Source: Sulfurimonadaceae bacterium | GTDB lineage: Bacteria; Campylobacterota; Campylobacteria; Campylobacterales; Sulfurimonadaceae | Assembly: GCA_041562555.1 (NCBI GenBank) | Contig: JBFEXS010000001.1 | Span: forward strand, 17,916-81,915 | Direction of reading: 5' to 3' | DNA length: 64,000 bases | Shown here: positions 1 to 10,127 of the stretch, one piece after another | How the letters are laid out: each line of letters begins with the position of its first letter | How positions within the stretch are numbered: position 1 is the stretch's first letter | Made by a program: the position numbers and the translations under genes | Notes under the pieces: model-generated | The model's database searches: none | What the model was told of the DNA's origin: nothing | Seen by the model: only the letters and a program-made list of their open reading frames with translations

Positions 1-1302
1 GTCTTAGAAGACGATGACCCGATTACGGCACTTCTTTCCGGCGGTAATGTTTTGTATATCATCGGCGGTTTCTTTCTCTTTGGTCTCTTGTTATCCCTGA
101 CTCCCTGTGTCTTTCCTATGGTGCCTATCTTGTCAAGTGTTATTGTCTCTCACGGTTCGGAAGTGACCACAAAAAAAGCTTTTCTGCTTTCTATGGTTTA
201 TGTTCAGGCTATGGCGATCACATATACGATTGCAGGAATCGTTGCAGGCCTTTCTGGAGCCGGAGTTCAAGCAGCATTTCAGACCCCATGGGTGATTGCT
301 GTCTTTGCGGGAGTATTCGTTTTACTGGCATTATCGATGTTTGGTCTTTTTGAGATCCAGATGCCGCAATCCCTTCAGTCCTATTTGAACCGTAAGTCGG
401 AAGGAAGTGGAAAAGGGTATACCTCCATCGCCATCATGGGATTGTTGTCAGCCCTGATTGTCGGGCCTTGTGTTGCCGCACCACTGGCAGCAGCTCTGGG
501 TTTCATCTCTCAGACAGGAGATGCATTTTTAGGCGGGATCGCCTTGTATGCACTCTCCATGGGTATGGGGGTTCCTCTCTTGATCGTTGGTACCGGTGCC
601 GGTAGGTTTATGCCAAAGCCTGGTCCATGGATGGATGCTGTCAAGACGATCTTTGGTGTATTGATGCTGGCGGTTGCGATCTGGATGTTAAGCCGCATAC
701 TTGATGCAAGTGTGACGATGTTCTTATGGTCGGCTCTTGTGATGTTTGTCTCAGTGAGTATAGGTGCTTTCGAACCGAAAGGAGAGACCTATTGCAACCC
801 ATGTTATGCAGCGACCAAGAGTCTCGGTCTTCTCTCTTTTTTAATGGCAGTCTTTTTATTGATCGGTGCAATCACAGGGGCAGCGAACCTTCTTAACCCT
901 CTGGAAAAACTTATGCCTTCGACCTCTGTAGTACAGTCAACTGCAGCAGCAAAGCAAGAAAACAGTTTCACTAAGGTGCACTCCATAGCAGAACTTGAAG
1001 CGCAGATAGCCAAAGCCAAGGGGAAAAAGATCATGCTTGATTTTTATGCGGATTGGTGTACCTCATGCAAGGAACTGGAACATATGACTTTTTCGGATGC
1101 CAGGGTCAAGGAGGCGTGGAAGGATTATTTCCTTATCCAGGCTGATGTGACTGAAAATACAGAGGATGAAAAAGCTTTGAGTAAAAAGTTCGGTCTTTTT
1201 GGACCTCCTGCACTTATCTTTTACGATGAGAATGGCAAAGAGATCAAATCCAAACGTACGATAGGCTTTATTCCTGCAGACGAACTGTTAGGTAAGCTAT
1301 AA
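1..1302 (+). CDS. dsbD: Thiol:disulfide interchange protein DsbD (5'-truncated by window)
   Basis: Frame open from base 1; TM motifs LTPCVFP and GPCVAAP; C-terminal thioredoxin domain FYADWCTSCK. Confidence 0.93.
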   Translation, partial: VLEDDDPITALLSGGNVLYIIGGFFLFGLLLSLTPCVFPMVPILSSVIVSHGSEVTTKKAFLLSMVYVQAMAITYTIAGIVAGLSGAGVQAAFQTPWVIAVFAGVFVLLALSMFGLFEIQMPQSLQSYLNRKSEGSGKGYTSIAIMGLLSALIVGPCVAAPLAAALGFISQTGDAFLGGIALYALSMGMGVPLLIVGTGAGRFMPKPGPWMDAVKTIFGVLMLAVAIWMLSRILDASVTMFLWSALVMFVSVSIGAFEPKGETYCNPCYAATKSLGLLSFLMAVFLLIGAITGAANLLNPLEKLMPSTSVVQSTAAAKQENSFTKVHSIAELEAQIAKAKGKKIMLDFYADWCTSCKELEHMTFSDARVKEAWKDYFLIQADVTENTEDEKALSKKFGLFGPPALIFYDENGKEIKSKRTIGFIPADELLGKL

Positions 1303-1305
1303 GAT

Positions 1306-1722
1306 ATGAAACTGGTTTCTCTTGTATTGGCTCTTGGTCTAAGTGTCTCTTCACTTGTGGCTGAGCCCAATTGGTCTCACTCATATGTAGAGGTAAAAAG
1401 CATTGCACAAAAAGAAAGCAAAGCTATCATGATTATGATCTCAAAAGAGGGGTGTGACGCCTGCTGGTATATGGAGAATATCGTCTTTGAAGATACAAAA
1501 TTAAAAGCACTGGTTATGAATAGTTTTATCCCACTCTATTTGGACGTTAACAATGATGAAATCCCTTCTGAGCTGCATTATATAGGGACACCCACCTTTT
1601 ATTTCATGACGGCCAAGGGAGAAAAAATAGGACATCGTATCAATGGTGCCAGTAATGTGAAAGATTTCACTCAAAAAGTAGAAGGGATTTTAGAAACAAT
1701 CAAAGAAAATACGAAGCCTTAA
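1306..1722 (+). CDS. Exported thioredoxin-fold protein (SoxW-like)
   Basis: Signal peptide, CDAC motif, GTPT cis-Pro loop, 3 nt after dsbD. Confidence 0.8.
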   Translation: MKLVSLVLALGLSVSSLVAEPNWSHSYVEVKSIAQKESKAIMIMISKEGCDACWYMENIVFEDTKLKALVMNSFIPLYLDVNNDEIPSELHYIGTPTFYFMTAKGEKIGHRINGASNVKDFTQKVEGILETIKENTKP

Positions 1723-2096
1723 CTTCCGCCATCTCCCCAGCTCTCATACTCCATATCATATTGTTCCTCATTGGCGTCTTCTTTGTATGCCGAGAGGTAG
1801 GTGGTTAACAGACTTATCTCTTCATCGCTAAGTTTTTCGGCGAAGGGTATCATGATCTGGGCTGTTTGATTCATAAAACCTATCTTTCCCCGATAAAATT
1901 TCAGCTTTTCGACTAGGAGGTATTTTGGTTTGTTCATCAAAAGTGGATATTCATGCATTCCCTCTCCATGGATACCATGGCATCCATTACACCCCTTCTG
2001 GGCATAGAGTATTTCACCTTGTTTATAGTCACTTACTTCTGCAAACAGATGAGATGAAAATATAAACATCAGAAATATGGGTTGAAACAGGGACAT
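1719..2096 (-). CDS. Monoheme c-type cytochrome (c553/c4-like)
   Basis: Signal peptide, CNGCH heme motif, likely axial Met in QIMIPFA; start may be 2120. Confidence 0.85.
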   Translation of the reverse strand: MSLFQPIFLMFIFSSHLFAEVSDYKQGEILYAQKGCNGCHGIHGEGMHEYPLLMNKPKYLLVEKLKFYRGKIGFMNQTAQIMIPFAEKLSDEEISLLTTYLSAYKEDANEEQYDMEYESWGDGGS

Positions 2097-2170
2097 GTAT
2101 ACTCGCTTTTCCTTTGTCATCTTAAAGACTTTTTTGTTAGAATTATATCACTATATGACGAGGAAGATAC

Positions 2171-3379
2171 ATGATCATCAAGAATGCAGTTTTATGTGAT
2201 GCAAATATGCACAAACGTGCTGATATAGAGATCATCGATGGTAAGATATCGAAAATTGCAGAAAACCTTTCCGGTTCCGATGTCCTGGACGCTGAAGGGG
2301 CTTATCTTCTTCCTGGACTTGTTGATTTGGGTGTATCATTAAAAGATAGGCAACTCAATGCCAAACGTTTGAAAGAGTTGTCCCAATCGGCTGTCAAGGG
2401 TGGTGTGACAAGTGTCGTATTGGACCCGAACAGTGAACCGGCGATTAATAATGAGATCGTACTTGAGTTTGTGTTGGAACGTAAGCCTGAAGGAGCCAAG
2501 ATACAATCATCCATCTGTGCTACAAAGGAAGACGCGAGTTTAAGTAATATCGCGATCCTTTTGAAACAGGGTGCAGTGGCTCCTTCGTTGGACAGTTCTG
2601 TAGACAGTAATCTCATCCGTCGCGTCTTTGAATATATGAAGATGTATGATGGGACCGTTTTTTGTTCAGCCAAGGATAAAGCGCTGAATGGAAACGGTGT
2701 GATTTTTGAAGGGAGTGTTTCTACCCGTTTGGGCTTACCTGGAATTTCTGTACTGGGTGAGATTATTCATGTAAGCAAGATGATAGAGATAGCGCGGTAT
2801 TTTGATGTACAAGTGCTTTTTAAAGGACTGTTCACACGTCGATCCATTGAAATGATCACGGCAGCTAAAAAAGAAGGCCTGAAAGTTTTTTCCGAGATTT
2901 CTATCCATCATCTTTCTCTTGATCATAATGCCTGTGACGGTTTTAACACCTATGCGAAGATCTTTCCGCCGCTATCTGATGAAAAAGGTAAAGAGAGTCT
3001 CAAAGAGTCTTTGAAAAATGGTGAGATCGATGTATTGACCTCCTTGCACACACCTCAGTCCAAGGTGAATAAGGAGGTCGCATTTTATGATGCGGCTTAT
3101 GGTACGGAGGCAATAGAAGAGATCCTTCCGCTCTATTATACAAAACTGGTCAATACAGGTCTGATCTCTTTGAGTGAACTCAGTAGGATGGTGTCGTTGA
3201 CACCTGCGCGTATGATCCGTAAACAGGCAGGGTCTTTAGAAGTAGGGCAAGATGCGGATTTGGTCCTGTTTGATTCAGGAGCACAGACTCAGGTATCCAA
3301 TCCAAAGAGTCTGTATAAGGGTGAAACACTCCAAGGGAAAGTACTTGCTGTCTTTGTTGAAGGAGAGCAGAGGCTTTAA
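2171..3379 (+). CDS. Dihydroorotase-like amidohydrolase, probably inactive (PyrC'-type)
   Basis: IIKNA..., LLPGLVD, KIFPPL, GQDADLVLFD; metal-binding HxH replaced by GVS. Confidence 0.8.
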   Translation: MIIKNAVLCDANMHKRADIEIIDGKISKIAENLSGSDVLDAEGAYLLPGLVDLGVSLKDRQLNAKRLKELSQSAVKGGVTSVVLDPNSEPAINNEIVLEFVLERKPEGAKIQSSICATKEDASLSNIAILLKQGAVAPSLDSSVDSNLIRRVFEYMKMYDGTVFCSAKDKALNGNGVIFEGSVSTRLGLPGISVLGEIIHVSKMIEIARYFDVQVLFKGLFTRRSIEMITAAKKEGLKVFSEISIHHLSLDHNACDGFNTYAKIFPPLSDEKGKESLKESLKNGEIDVLTSLHTPQSKVNKEVAFYDAAYGTEAIEEILPLYYTKLVNTGLISLSELSRMVSLTPARMIRKQAGSLEVGQDADLVLFDSGAQTQVSNPKSLYKGETLQGKVLAVFVEGEQRL

Positions 3380-3382
3380 GGT

Positions 3383-4063
3383 CTAATCCTCTTGGGGGAA
3401 GAGGATAGAACCCAGTCTTAACATATTTGAGCCACATTTTATCGCAAGCTCAAAATCTCCGCTCATTCCCATCGAGCAGATCTCTGCAGTATCAATAGTT
3501 TCATAGATCTTATGGGTTGTCTCAAAACTTTCCTGGACTAGTTTCGGGTCCTGAGAATGGGCTCCAATACTCATGACACCACGCAGGTCTATATTTGGAC
3601 AGCTCTCTTGGATCTGTGCATAAACATCTTTGGCCTCTTCGGGAGAAACACCACTTTTTGTCTCTTCACGGGCAGAATTGATCTGTAAGAGACACTCCAT
3701 AGTACTTTGTTTGACCTCAAGACGTTGTTGAAGTGCCTGGGCAAGTTCAAGTGAATCCAGGGATTGAAAGAGGAAAGGGTTGGCATCAATCAGATGATTG
3801 ATTTTGTTTTTTTGCAAGTTGCCGATAAAATGCCATTCCAATGGAAGCTCATCAAGAATCTGTGATTTTGAGACGAGGTCTTGAACCTTGTTCTCACCAA
3901 ATGCACGTTGTCCAATCTGATAGAGACGCTCTATTGCTTCAGGTGTCGAGTATTTACTTACTGCAACGATTTTGACAATATGGTGTTCACTTACAGAGAT
4001 CCGTGCGTCTTCAATACGTTGGATGACCTTATCCATGTGTATTTTGTATTCTATTTCATTCAT
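3383..4063 (-). CDS. yggS: PLP homeostasis protein, YggS family
   Basis: VAVSK, FGENKVQ, WHFIGNLQKNK, SMGMSGD, RLGS motifs. Confidence 0.95.
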   Translation of the reverse strand: MNEIEYKIHMDKVIQRIEDARISVSEHHIVKIVAVSKYSTPEAIERLYQIGQRAFGENKVQDLVSKSQILDELPLEWHFIGNLQKNKINHLIDANPFLFQSLDSLELAQALQQRLEVKQSTMECLLQINSAREETKSGVSPEEAKDVYAQIQESCPNIDLRGVMSIGAHSQDPKLVQESFETTHKIYETIDTAEICSMGMSGDFELAIKCGSNMLRLGSILFPQED

Positions 4064-4066
4064 TAT

Positions 4067-5113
4067 CTATCCTACCAATCTATTAACATCATTATATAAG
4101 CCTAGGAACATGACTCCGATCAAGATGACCCATCCACCTATCGTCAACTTTATTAACATCTCTTCTGTCGGTGGACGGCGAAAGAGCATCTCGTACAGAT
4201 TGAACATGATATGTCCCCCATCCAAGGCAGGTATAGGAAGCAGGTTGAGTACACCCAGGTTAACTGAAATCAGTGCTGCAAAAAAAAGGACCGCCATCCA
4301 GCCCTGAGAGCTTGCATCTGCGGTAACTTTGACAATACTGATAACGCCACCGAGTTCTTTTGCCGGGACGGCTCCGGAGATGAGACGTTCAAGACCGCCA
4401 AAGATGATCCCTGATGCCCATATGGTCTTATCCCAGGCATATGCGAAGGCATTCTCGACTGCCAGTTCTTTTGCATCACCGGAGGCAGATATACCTATCA
4501 TACGTTTCTGGACGGTCTCATTAAAATCGTTCTTTGCTTCACGCATGTGTGGTGTGATAGTGAAGGTTTGGACATAGGCACCCCGTTCGACTTCAATGTT
4601 GATATCACCTTCAGATTGGGAGATAAGCTTTGCCATCTCATTCCATGTTGTAATTGCTTGACCATTTATATTGATGACCTTGTCTTTGGCTTGTAAACCT
4701 GCCATTTGTGCAGGAGAGTCCTGGATGACTTCACCCACGACTGGCAATAAGACCTTTGGCCCGCCGATAGCAATAGCCAAAAAGAGGAAGAATGCGAGTA
4801 GAAAATTGGCAAATGGGCCTGCAAGGAGTATGATAATGCGTTGCCATGGTTTTTTGACATTATAAGAGTCATCATCTTGACTGCGTGCGGTGGGGTCAAG
4901 ATCTTCTTGACCTTTCATCTGTACATATCCGCCAAGGGGTATCATGGCAATGCGCCATTCGGTTCCCTTATAATTGAAAGAAGCAATTTTTTTACCAAAG
5001 CCGATACTAAAGACCTTGACATAGACTCCCATCAGTTTGGCTGCGAGGAAATGTCCTAACTCATGAAAAAAGATGAGCGCTGAAAGCACCACAAGAGAGA
5101 TAAACCAGCCCAT
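4067..5113 (-). CDS. rseP: RIP metalloprotease RseP
   Basis: HELGH, PDZ domain, NLLPIPALDGGH; start set to MGWFIS overlapping the pgsA stop. Confidence 0.95.
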   Translation of the reverse strand: MGWFISLVVLSALIFFHELGHFLAAKLMGVYVKVFSIGFGKKIASFNYKGTEWRIAMIPLGGYVQMKGQEDLDPTARSQDDDSYNVKKPWQRIIILLAGPFANFLLAFFLFLAIAIGGPKVLLPVVGEVIQDSPAQMAGLQAKDKVININGQAITTWNEMAKLISQSEGDINIEVERGAYVQTFTITPHMREAKNDFNETVQKRMIGISASGDAKELAVENAFAYAWDKTIWASGIIFGGLERLISGAVPAKELGGVISIVKVTADASSQGWMAVLFFAALISVNLGVLNLLPIPALDGGHIMFNLYEMLFRRPPTEEMLIKLTIGGWVILIGVMFLGLYNDVNRLVG

Positions 5114-5703
5114 TATTTTCCTTTCAGTGCTTTGGCAAAGCCCAAGAGGTATTCGGCTCCTGAATATACCGTCAAGAACACTGCCCACCAGAGCAGGGCG
5201 TCATCAAGGGCAAAACCGAGATAGGATTCTAAAGACCAGTGCATGATTAAAAAGCCAATGGCGATCATCTGTGCAACGGTCTTCACTTTTCCGGCAAAGG
5301 AGGCGCTCACGTCGATCCCCTCGGCAACGGCAACAGTTCGCAAGCCTGTGATAAAGAGTTCGCGGACGATGATGATATAGATAGCCCATGGATTGGCATC
5401 ACCGGTCATCATCAATGCCAAGAAAGCCCCGATAGTGAGCATCTTGTCTGCCAGAGGATCAATGATCTTTCCTAAAAGGGTGGTCTGGTCCAGCATACGT
5501 GCGATGTATCCGTCAAAGAAGTCTGTTGTACTGGCGAGAACAAATAGCAGTGCTGCAAGGTAATATACCCACGTGATATGAACACCCTGATCGGTGAAAT
5601 ATTCAGGGCTAAGAATTACCCAGAACATCAATGGTGCCATGAGAATACGAATAAAGGCTAAGATGTTTGGCGTGTTAAAGATCTGGTTTTTAGTTTGTGA
5701 CAT
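5113..5703 (-). CDS. pgsA: CDP-diacylglycerol--glycerol-3-phosphate 3-phosphatidyltransferase
   Basis: PNIL..R, DFFDGYIAR...LGKIIDPLADK motif. Confidence 0.95.
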   Translation of the reverse strand: MSQTKNQIFNTPNILAFIRILMAPLMFWVILSPEYFTDQGVHITWVYYLAALLFVLASTTDFFDGYIARMLDQTTLLGKIIDPLADKMLTIGAFLALMMTGDANPWAIYIIIVRELFITGLRTVAVAEGIDVSASFAGKVKTVAQMIAIGFLIMHWSLESYLGFALDDALLWWAVFLTVYSGAEYLLGFAKALKGK

Positions 5704-5767
5704 GGTTAAACTTTATAGATAAATTACGATTTATAAAATGGTCTGAGACGATTTTACAAAGGGTAAT

Positions 5768-5793
5768 GACAAAGCACGACAGGGTGCTTCGTC
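5768..5793 (-). terminator. Stem-loop downstream of SDR gene
   Basis: Minus strand GACGAAGCAC-cctgtc-GTGCTTTGTC (10 bp with one G-U), 6 nt after the stop; weak U-tract. Confidence 0.45.
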
Positions 5794-5799
5794 TAGGGT

Positions 5800-6570
5800 T
5801 TATTGAAATGTTGTTCCACCGTCGACAACGATAGTCTGGCCTGTCATCCAGCTAGACTCATCACCACACAAGAACAGACATGCACCTGTAAGGTCTTCTG
5901 CTTCACCCATACGAGAGAGTGGAGAACGTTTGACGACTTCAGCTTTAACTTCTTCATAATTTGGGAAGGCCTTAAGGGCATCTGTGTCAATTGGTCCGCC
6001 TGAGACTGCATTTACACGGATGTTTTTATCCCCAAGTTCAGCAGCCGCATATTTAACCATAGTCTCAACAGCAGCCTTGTTCGTACCGTGTCCCGAGTAG
6101 TTTGGAGTGTAGACAAGATTTCCTGTAGAACTCATTGAGATGATAGAACCGCCGTTACCGCCTGCTTCCATACGCTTTGCAGCTTCTTGTGCCCCCACGA
6201 CAAAAGCGGATACGGTTGCTGTATAGATATTGGTAAGCCCTTTTGGCTTAAGACGCATAAATGGAGCAAATCCACCGACTACGGCACGTCCTGAAATAAT
6301 AGCATTTGAGATAAAGAAGTCTAATGAAGAGAAGTCCTCGTCAAAGGCTTTGAATACATCCTTATAGGTCTCAGGTGCGAGGATGTCAAGTTGATATGCT
6401 CTTGCTTTAACACCGAACTTTGATTCAACATCTGCAATGATTTCATTCGCGGTATCTGCGGAAGAAGCATAGGTAAAAGCCACATTACACCCTTTTTGTG
6501 CGAAGGCATAAACGATTGCCTTACCAATTCCACGTGTTCCACCACTTACAAATAGAGTTTTTCCTTGCAT
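5800..6570 (-). CDS. SDR oxidoreductase, FabL-like enoyl-ACP reductase / 7-alpha-HSDH family
   Basis: SGGTRGIG Rossmann motif, YSGHGTNK, VNAVSGGPIDT; adjacent to dapA. Confidence 0.85.
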   Translation of the reverse strand: MQGKTLFVSGGTRGIGKAIVYAFAQKGCNVAFTYASSADTANEIIADVESKFGVKARAYQLDILAPETYKDVFKAFDEDFSSLDFFISNAIISGRAVVGGFAPFMRLKPKGLTNIYTATVSAFVVGAQEAAKRMEAGGNGGSIISMSSTGNLVYTPNYSGHGTNKAAVETMVKYAAAELGDKNIRVNAVSGGPIDTDALKAFPNYEEVKAEVVKRSPLSRMGEAEDLTGACLFLCGDESSWMTGQTIVVDGGTTFQ

Positions 6571-7463
6571 TATAATCCTTTTATTTCGTAGTTTTTCATA
6601 ACATCTTCTATCTTCTTCATATTATCACTGCTTGGAGCAAGAAGAGGTAAACGATATTCAAGTGTTTCAATCAGACCTGCCATATACATCGCTGCTTTCA
6701 CCGGCATCGGGTTGGCTTCACAGAACATGACGCTATTGATAGGATACAGTTTGTCATTCAGTGCTTTGGATGCTTTGAAGTCACCCTCAAGAGCAAAATG
6801 GACCATCTGTGACTTCAGATCAGGCAGTAGGTTTGATGTGACTGAGGTCGATCCCATACCTCCATTTGCCAAGATAGGATAATCGATAGCATCATCTCCC
6901 GAAAGTACAGCTAAGTCAGGACGGCGAGAAAGAAGCTCAACGGTGCGTTCTAATGAGCCTGTCGCCTCTTTGATGCCATAGATGTTTTGACAATCATCAA
7001 AAAGACGGATTGTCGTGTCTGCTGAGATATCTACCATGGTACGTCCAGGTACATTGTACAGCATTACACCTAGATCCGGCACGGCATCGGCAATAGCCTT
7101 ATAGTGCTGATAGAGTCCTTCCTGGGAAGGTTTGTTGTAGTAAGGACTAACGGAGAAGATAGCATCGACACCGCACTTTTGCGCATGCACTGCAAGAGAG
7201 ATCGCTTCGGCTGTGGCATTTGAGCCCGATCCTGCCAGTACTTTGGTAGAGGAGCCTTTACAGACTTCGACGGCGATTTCAATACAGCGTTTATGCTCAT
7301 CATGCGTGAGTGTAGCACTTTCTCCTGTCGTACCTACAGGACAGACCGCGTCCATGCCATTTTTGATCTGGCGTCGGATAAGTGCAGCGTAGGATTGCTC
7401 ATCTAGCGTTCCATTTTTAAATGGGGTGATTAGAGCAGTCGTGGCTCCGGTTACTTTAGTCAT
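6570..7463 (-). CDS. dapA: 4-hydroxy-tetrahydrodipicolinate synthase
   Basis: GTTGES, PYYNKP, YNVPGRT, GIKEA. Confidence 0.97.
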   Translation of the reverse strand: MTKVTGATTALITPFKNGTLDEQSYAALIRRQIKNGMDAVCPVGTTGESATLTHDEHKRCIEIAVEVCKGSSTKVLAGSGSNATAEAISLAVHAQKCGVDAIFSVSPYYNKPSQEGLYQHYKAIADAVPDLGVMLYNVPGRTMVDISADTTIRLFDDCQNIYGIKEATGSLERTVELLSRRPDLAVLSGDDAIDYPILANGGMGSTSVTSNLLPDLKSQMVHFALEGDFKASKALNDKLYPINSVMFCEANPMPVKAAMYMAGLIETLEYRLPLLAPSSDNMKKIEDVMKNYEIKGL

Positions 7464-8760
7464 TTTCTTTCCTTAAAATCACAGTGGTTGATTGTGTCTG
7501 ATCAAAATATTTAAGCGCGGCAGTCTGAATCTCCTCAGGGCTGAGTGCATTGATATGATCTTCATATGCCAATAAAGGTTCCAGGTCTCCACGGGCAAGG
7601 TAGCTACCGAAAAGGTCAGCAACAGATGAAGAAGATTCAAGAGAATAGATGAAGTCTGCTTTCGTGTTGACCTTCACCTTATCAAGTTCCGCTTTGTCAA
7701 TCTGTTTTGTCTTGAGGTCCTCGATCTCGACTAGGATCTCTTTTTCAACGTCTTCAGCCTTTACACCCGGATTACACACAGCCATAAAGATAAACAGACC
7801 TGGATCGATGTTTTCCATATTATAGGCATAGATCTGATTGGCAAGACGCTTCTCATTCACAAGGTTCTGATACAGACGTGAACTTTTTCCTGAACTGAGC
7901 ATCTCAGAGATCGCTGAAAGGGCAGGCTGGTCCTTATGCTGGAAGTTGGGGATATGATACGTGATCGCCAACATCTCTACCTCACTCTCCTTATAGACAA
8001 CAAGGCGTTTCGCACCATCCTGTTTTGGTTCGACTTGATGAACTTTTGGGATCTCTTTGGTGTTTTTAATCGAACCGAAACGTTTTTTAGCCTGTGTGAA
8101 TACATCGTCAGGTTCGACGTCTCCCGTGACGATGATAATGGCATTTTTAGGTTGATAGTAAGTCTCATGGAAGGATTTTATATCCTCAAGGGTCCAATTC
8201 TGAATATCCGCCATAAAACCGATAGGTGTCCAGTGGTATGGATGGTAGAGATAGGCGTTGTTAAAAAGTCTGAAATACAGATATCCCAGGGGTGAATTGT
8301 CTGTTCTCCAACGGCGCTCTTCGGCTACTACATTTCGTTCAGGCTGGAATTCGTCGTCTTGAAGTTTGAGACTCTCCATCAGCTCACCAAAAAGGTCTAG
8401 GGATTTGCCCAGGTTTTGAGATGAGCTTTTGATGAAATAGTGGGTATAGTCAAAACCGGTAGATGCATTGCTCAGTCCACCCATGCCTTTGACGACTTCA
8501 TCAAATTCACCGGCCTTGAGGTTGTCCGTGGACTTGAAGTTCATGTGTTCTAGCATATGGGCAATTCCACTTTTTCCCATGACCTCATTGCGTGAACCCA
8601 CTTTATAAAAGATATCTGTTGAGATAACACTGGTATTGTTTTCCATAGGGATAACAACGATTTGCAGACCATTATCCAAAGTCTGTGTCTTATAATCCGG
8701 TAAAGATGTTGCCATCACAACTCCTGCACTAAAAATTAGGGTACTTAAAAATCTAAGCAT
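7456..8760 (-). CDS. M16 family zinc peptidase (PqqE/PqqL-like), exported
   Basis: HMLEH inverted zinc motif, EER; start set to MLRFLS (signal peptide). Confidence 0.92.
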   Translation of the reverse strand: MLRFLSTLIFSAGVVMATSLPDYKTQTLDNGLQIVVIPMENNTSVISTDIFYKVGSRNEVMGKSGIAHMLEHMNFKSTDNLKAGEFDEVVKGMGGLSNASTGFDYTHYFIKSSSQNLGKSLDLFGELMESLKLQDDEFQPERNVVAEERRWRTDNSPLGYLYFRLFNNAYLYHPYHWTPIGFMADIQNWTLEDIKSFHETYYQPKNAIIIVTGDVEPDDVFTQAKKRFGSIKNTKEIPKVHQVEPKQDGAKRLVVYKESEVEMLAITYHIPNFQHKDQPALSAISEMLSSGKSSRLYQNLVNEKRLANQIYAYNMENIDPGLFIFMAVCNPGVKAEDVEKEILVEIEDLKTKQIDKAELDKVKVNTKADFIYSLESSSSVADLFGSYLARGDLEPLLAYEDHINALSPEEIQTAALKYFDQTQSTTVILRKEND

Positions 8761-9817
8761 TTTTTCTATCGGCTCCAATAGCTTGAGTGATATTACTGTA
8801 TCCATCGGCTTGAAGAAGGTCAATAAGACCGAGGTTAATGTCACGGATCAGGGTCGGTCCGTGAAAGACAAGTGCCGAATATACCTGTACAAGGGATGCA
8901 CCTGCTTTGATGCGTTTGTAGGCCTCTTCTGCAGAATCGATCCCTCCGACGGAGATCAAAATAGTCTTTCCGTACAACTCTTTTGCTACAGCTTCAAATA
9001 TCTTAAAGCTTTTCTCTTTCAAGACGGCTCCGGATATTCCACCGATATCTTTTGGTTGAGAGACGAGGGAATAATCAATGGTCGTATTGGTGGCAATGAT
9101 ACCGGCTGCACCGGCTTTAACAGCCATCTTGGATAGTTCTACTGCTTGTTCAGGCTCCATGTCCGGAGCGATCTTCAAGAGGATCGGTTTGTCTGTCAGT
9201 TTTTTCGTCTCTGTAAACAGTTCCGTGATAAAGGCTTCATTTTGCAAGTCACGTAAACCCGGGGTGTTGGGAGAGGAGATGTTGATGACGAAATAGTCTC
9301 CAAGGTCTTTAAACGTGTTTAGAAGGGTCGTATAGTCTGAAATGGCATCTTTCTCATCTGTAGACTTGTTCTTACCAATATTCACTCCGATAGGCGTTGA
9401 AAACGGGAAGCGTTCTTTAAGACGTTTTTGTACCTTGTACATCCCGTCATTGTTGAACCCCATGGCGTTTTGCACACTCTCTTCCTCAATATGACGGAAC
9501 ATTCTTGGTTTAGGATTTCCTGCCTGCGGTTTTGGTGTGACGGTACCTATCTCGGTGAAGCCGAATCCGAGGGCTTGGATACCACGTATGACCGTTGCAT
9601 TCTTATCAAAACCTGCACCCAGGCCGACCGGGTTTAAAAAGGTACGTCCAAAAAGTTCCTGATTGAGGCTCTCATGCTGGATGAAGTGGTTCTCAATCCA
9701 CGGGTTATAGGCGGATGGAAGGAGGTTGGCTCCACGTAAAAAGAACTCGACAAGATGGTGTGCAGTTTCAGGCTGAAGTTTAAAAAGATAGGGTTTTATG
9801 GCCGAATATGGAATCAT
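8753..9817 (-). CDS. pyrD: Quinone-dependent dihydroorotate dehydrogenase
   Basis: GAGFDKN, NAMGFNN, NISSPNTPGLR, KIAPD. Confidence 0.97.
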   Translation of the reverse strand: MIPYSAIKPYLFKLQPETAHHLVEFFLRGANLLPSAYNPWIENHFIQHESLNQELFGRTFLNPVGLGAGFDKNATVIRGIQALGFGFTEIGTVTPKPQAGNPKPRMFRHIEEESVQNAMGFNNDGMYKVQKRLKERFPFSTPIGVNIGKNKSTDEKDAISDYTTLLNTFKDLGDYFVINISSPNTPGLRDLQNEAFITELFTETKKLTDKPILLKIAPDMEPEQAVELSKMAVKAGAAGIIATNTTIDYSLVSQPKDIGGISGAVLKEKSFKIFEAVAKELYGKTILISVGGIDSAEEAYKRIKAGASLVQVYSALVFHGPTLIRDINLGLIDLLQADGYSNITQAIGADRKNA

Positions 9818-9933
9818 TGCTCTCTTTCATGGGCTTTTATTAATACGTGATTATACTTAAATATGTTTAGATAAGTTTGAATTTATCTCAGTGAGGGATA
9901 AGAAGCACGGTTAGCGGAAAAAGCGCAACACAT

Positions 9934-10116
9934 ATGGAGTATACATTTAATAAACAAGCTGGAAATATGACGGGGTTTGAAGCACCACATCTTTCAGTAA
10001 AATATGATGGAGCCGGAACGGTTTTAGGATTTCTGTCCCAGCTTAGTATGGCCCAGATAGTCATATATGTCTTGAGTTTTACATTGTTGGCATATATCGT
10101 GCATGAAAGAGTATAA
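9934..10116 (+). CDS. Small hypothetical membrane protein
   Basis: 60-aa ORF filling the pyrD-cysS gap, C-terminal hydrophobic helix; no clear RBS. Confidence 0.4.
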   Translation: MEYTFNKQAGNMTGFEAPHLSVKYDGAGTVLGFLSQLSMAQIVIYVLSFTLLAYIVHERV

Positions 10117-10127
10117 GGGAGGAAGGA

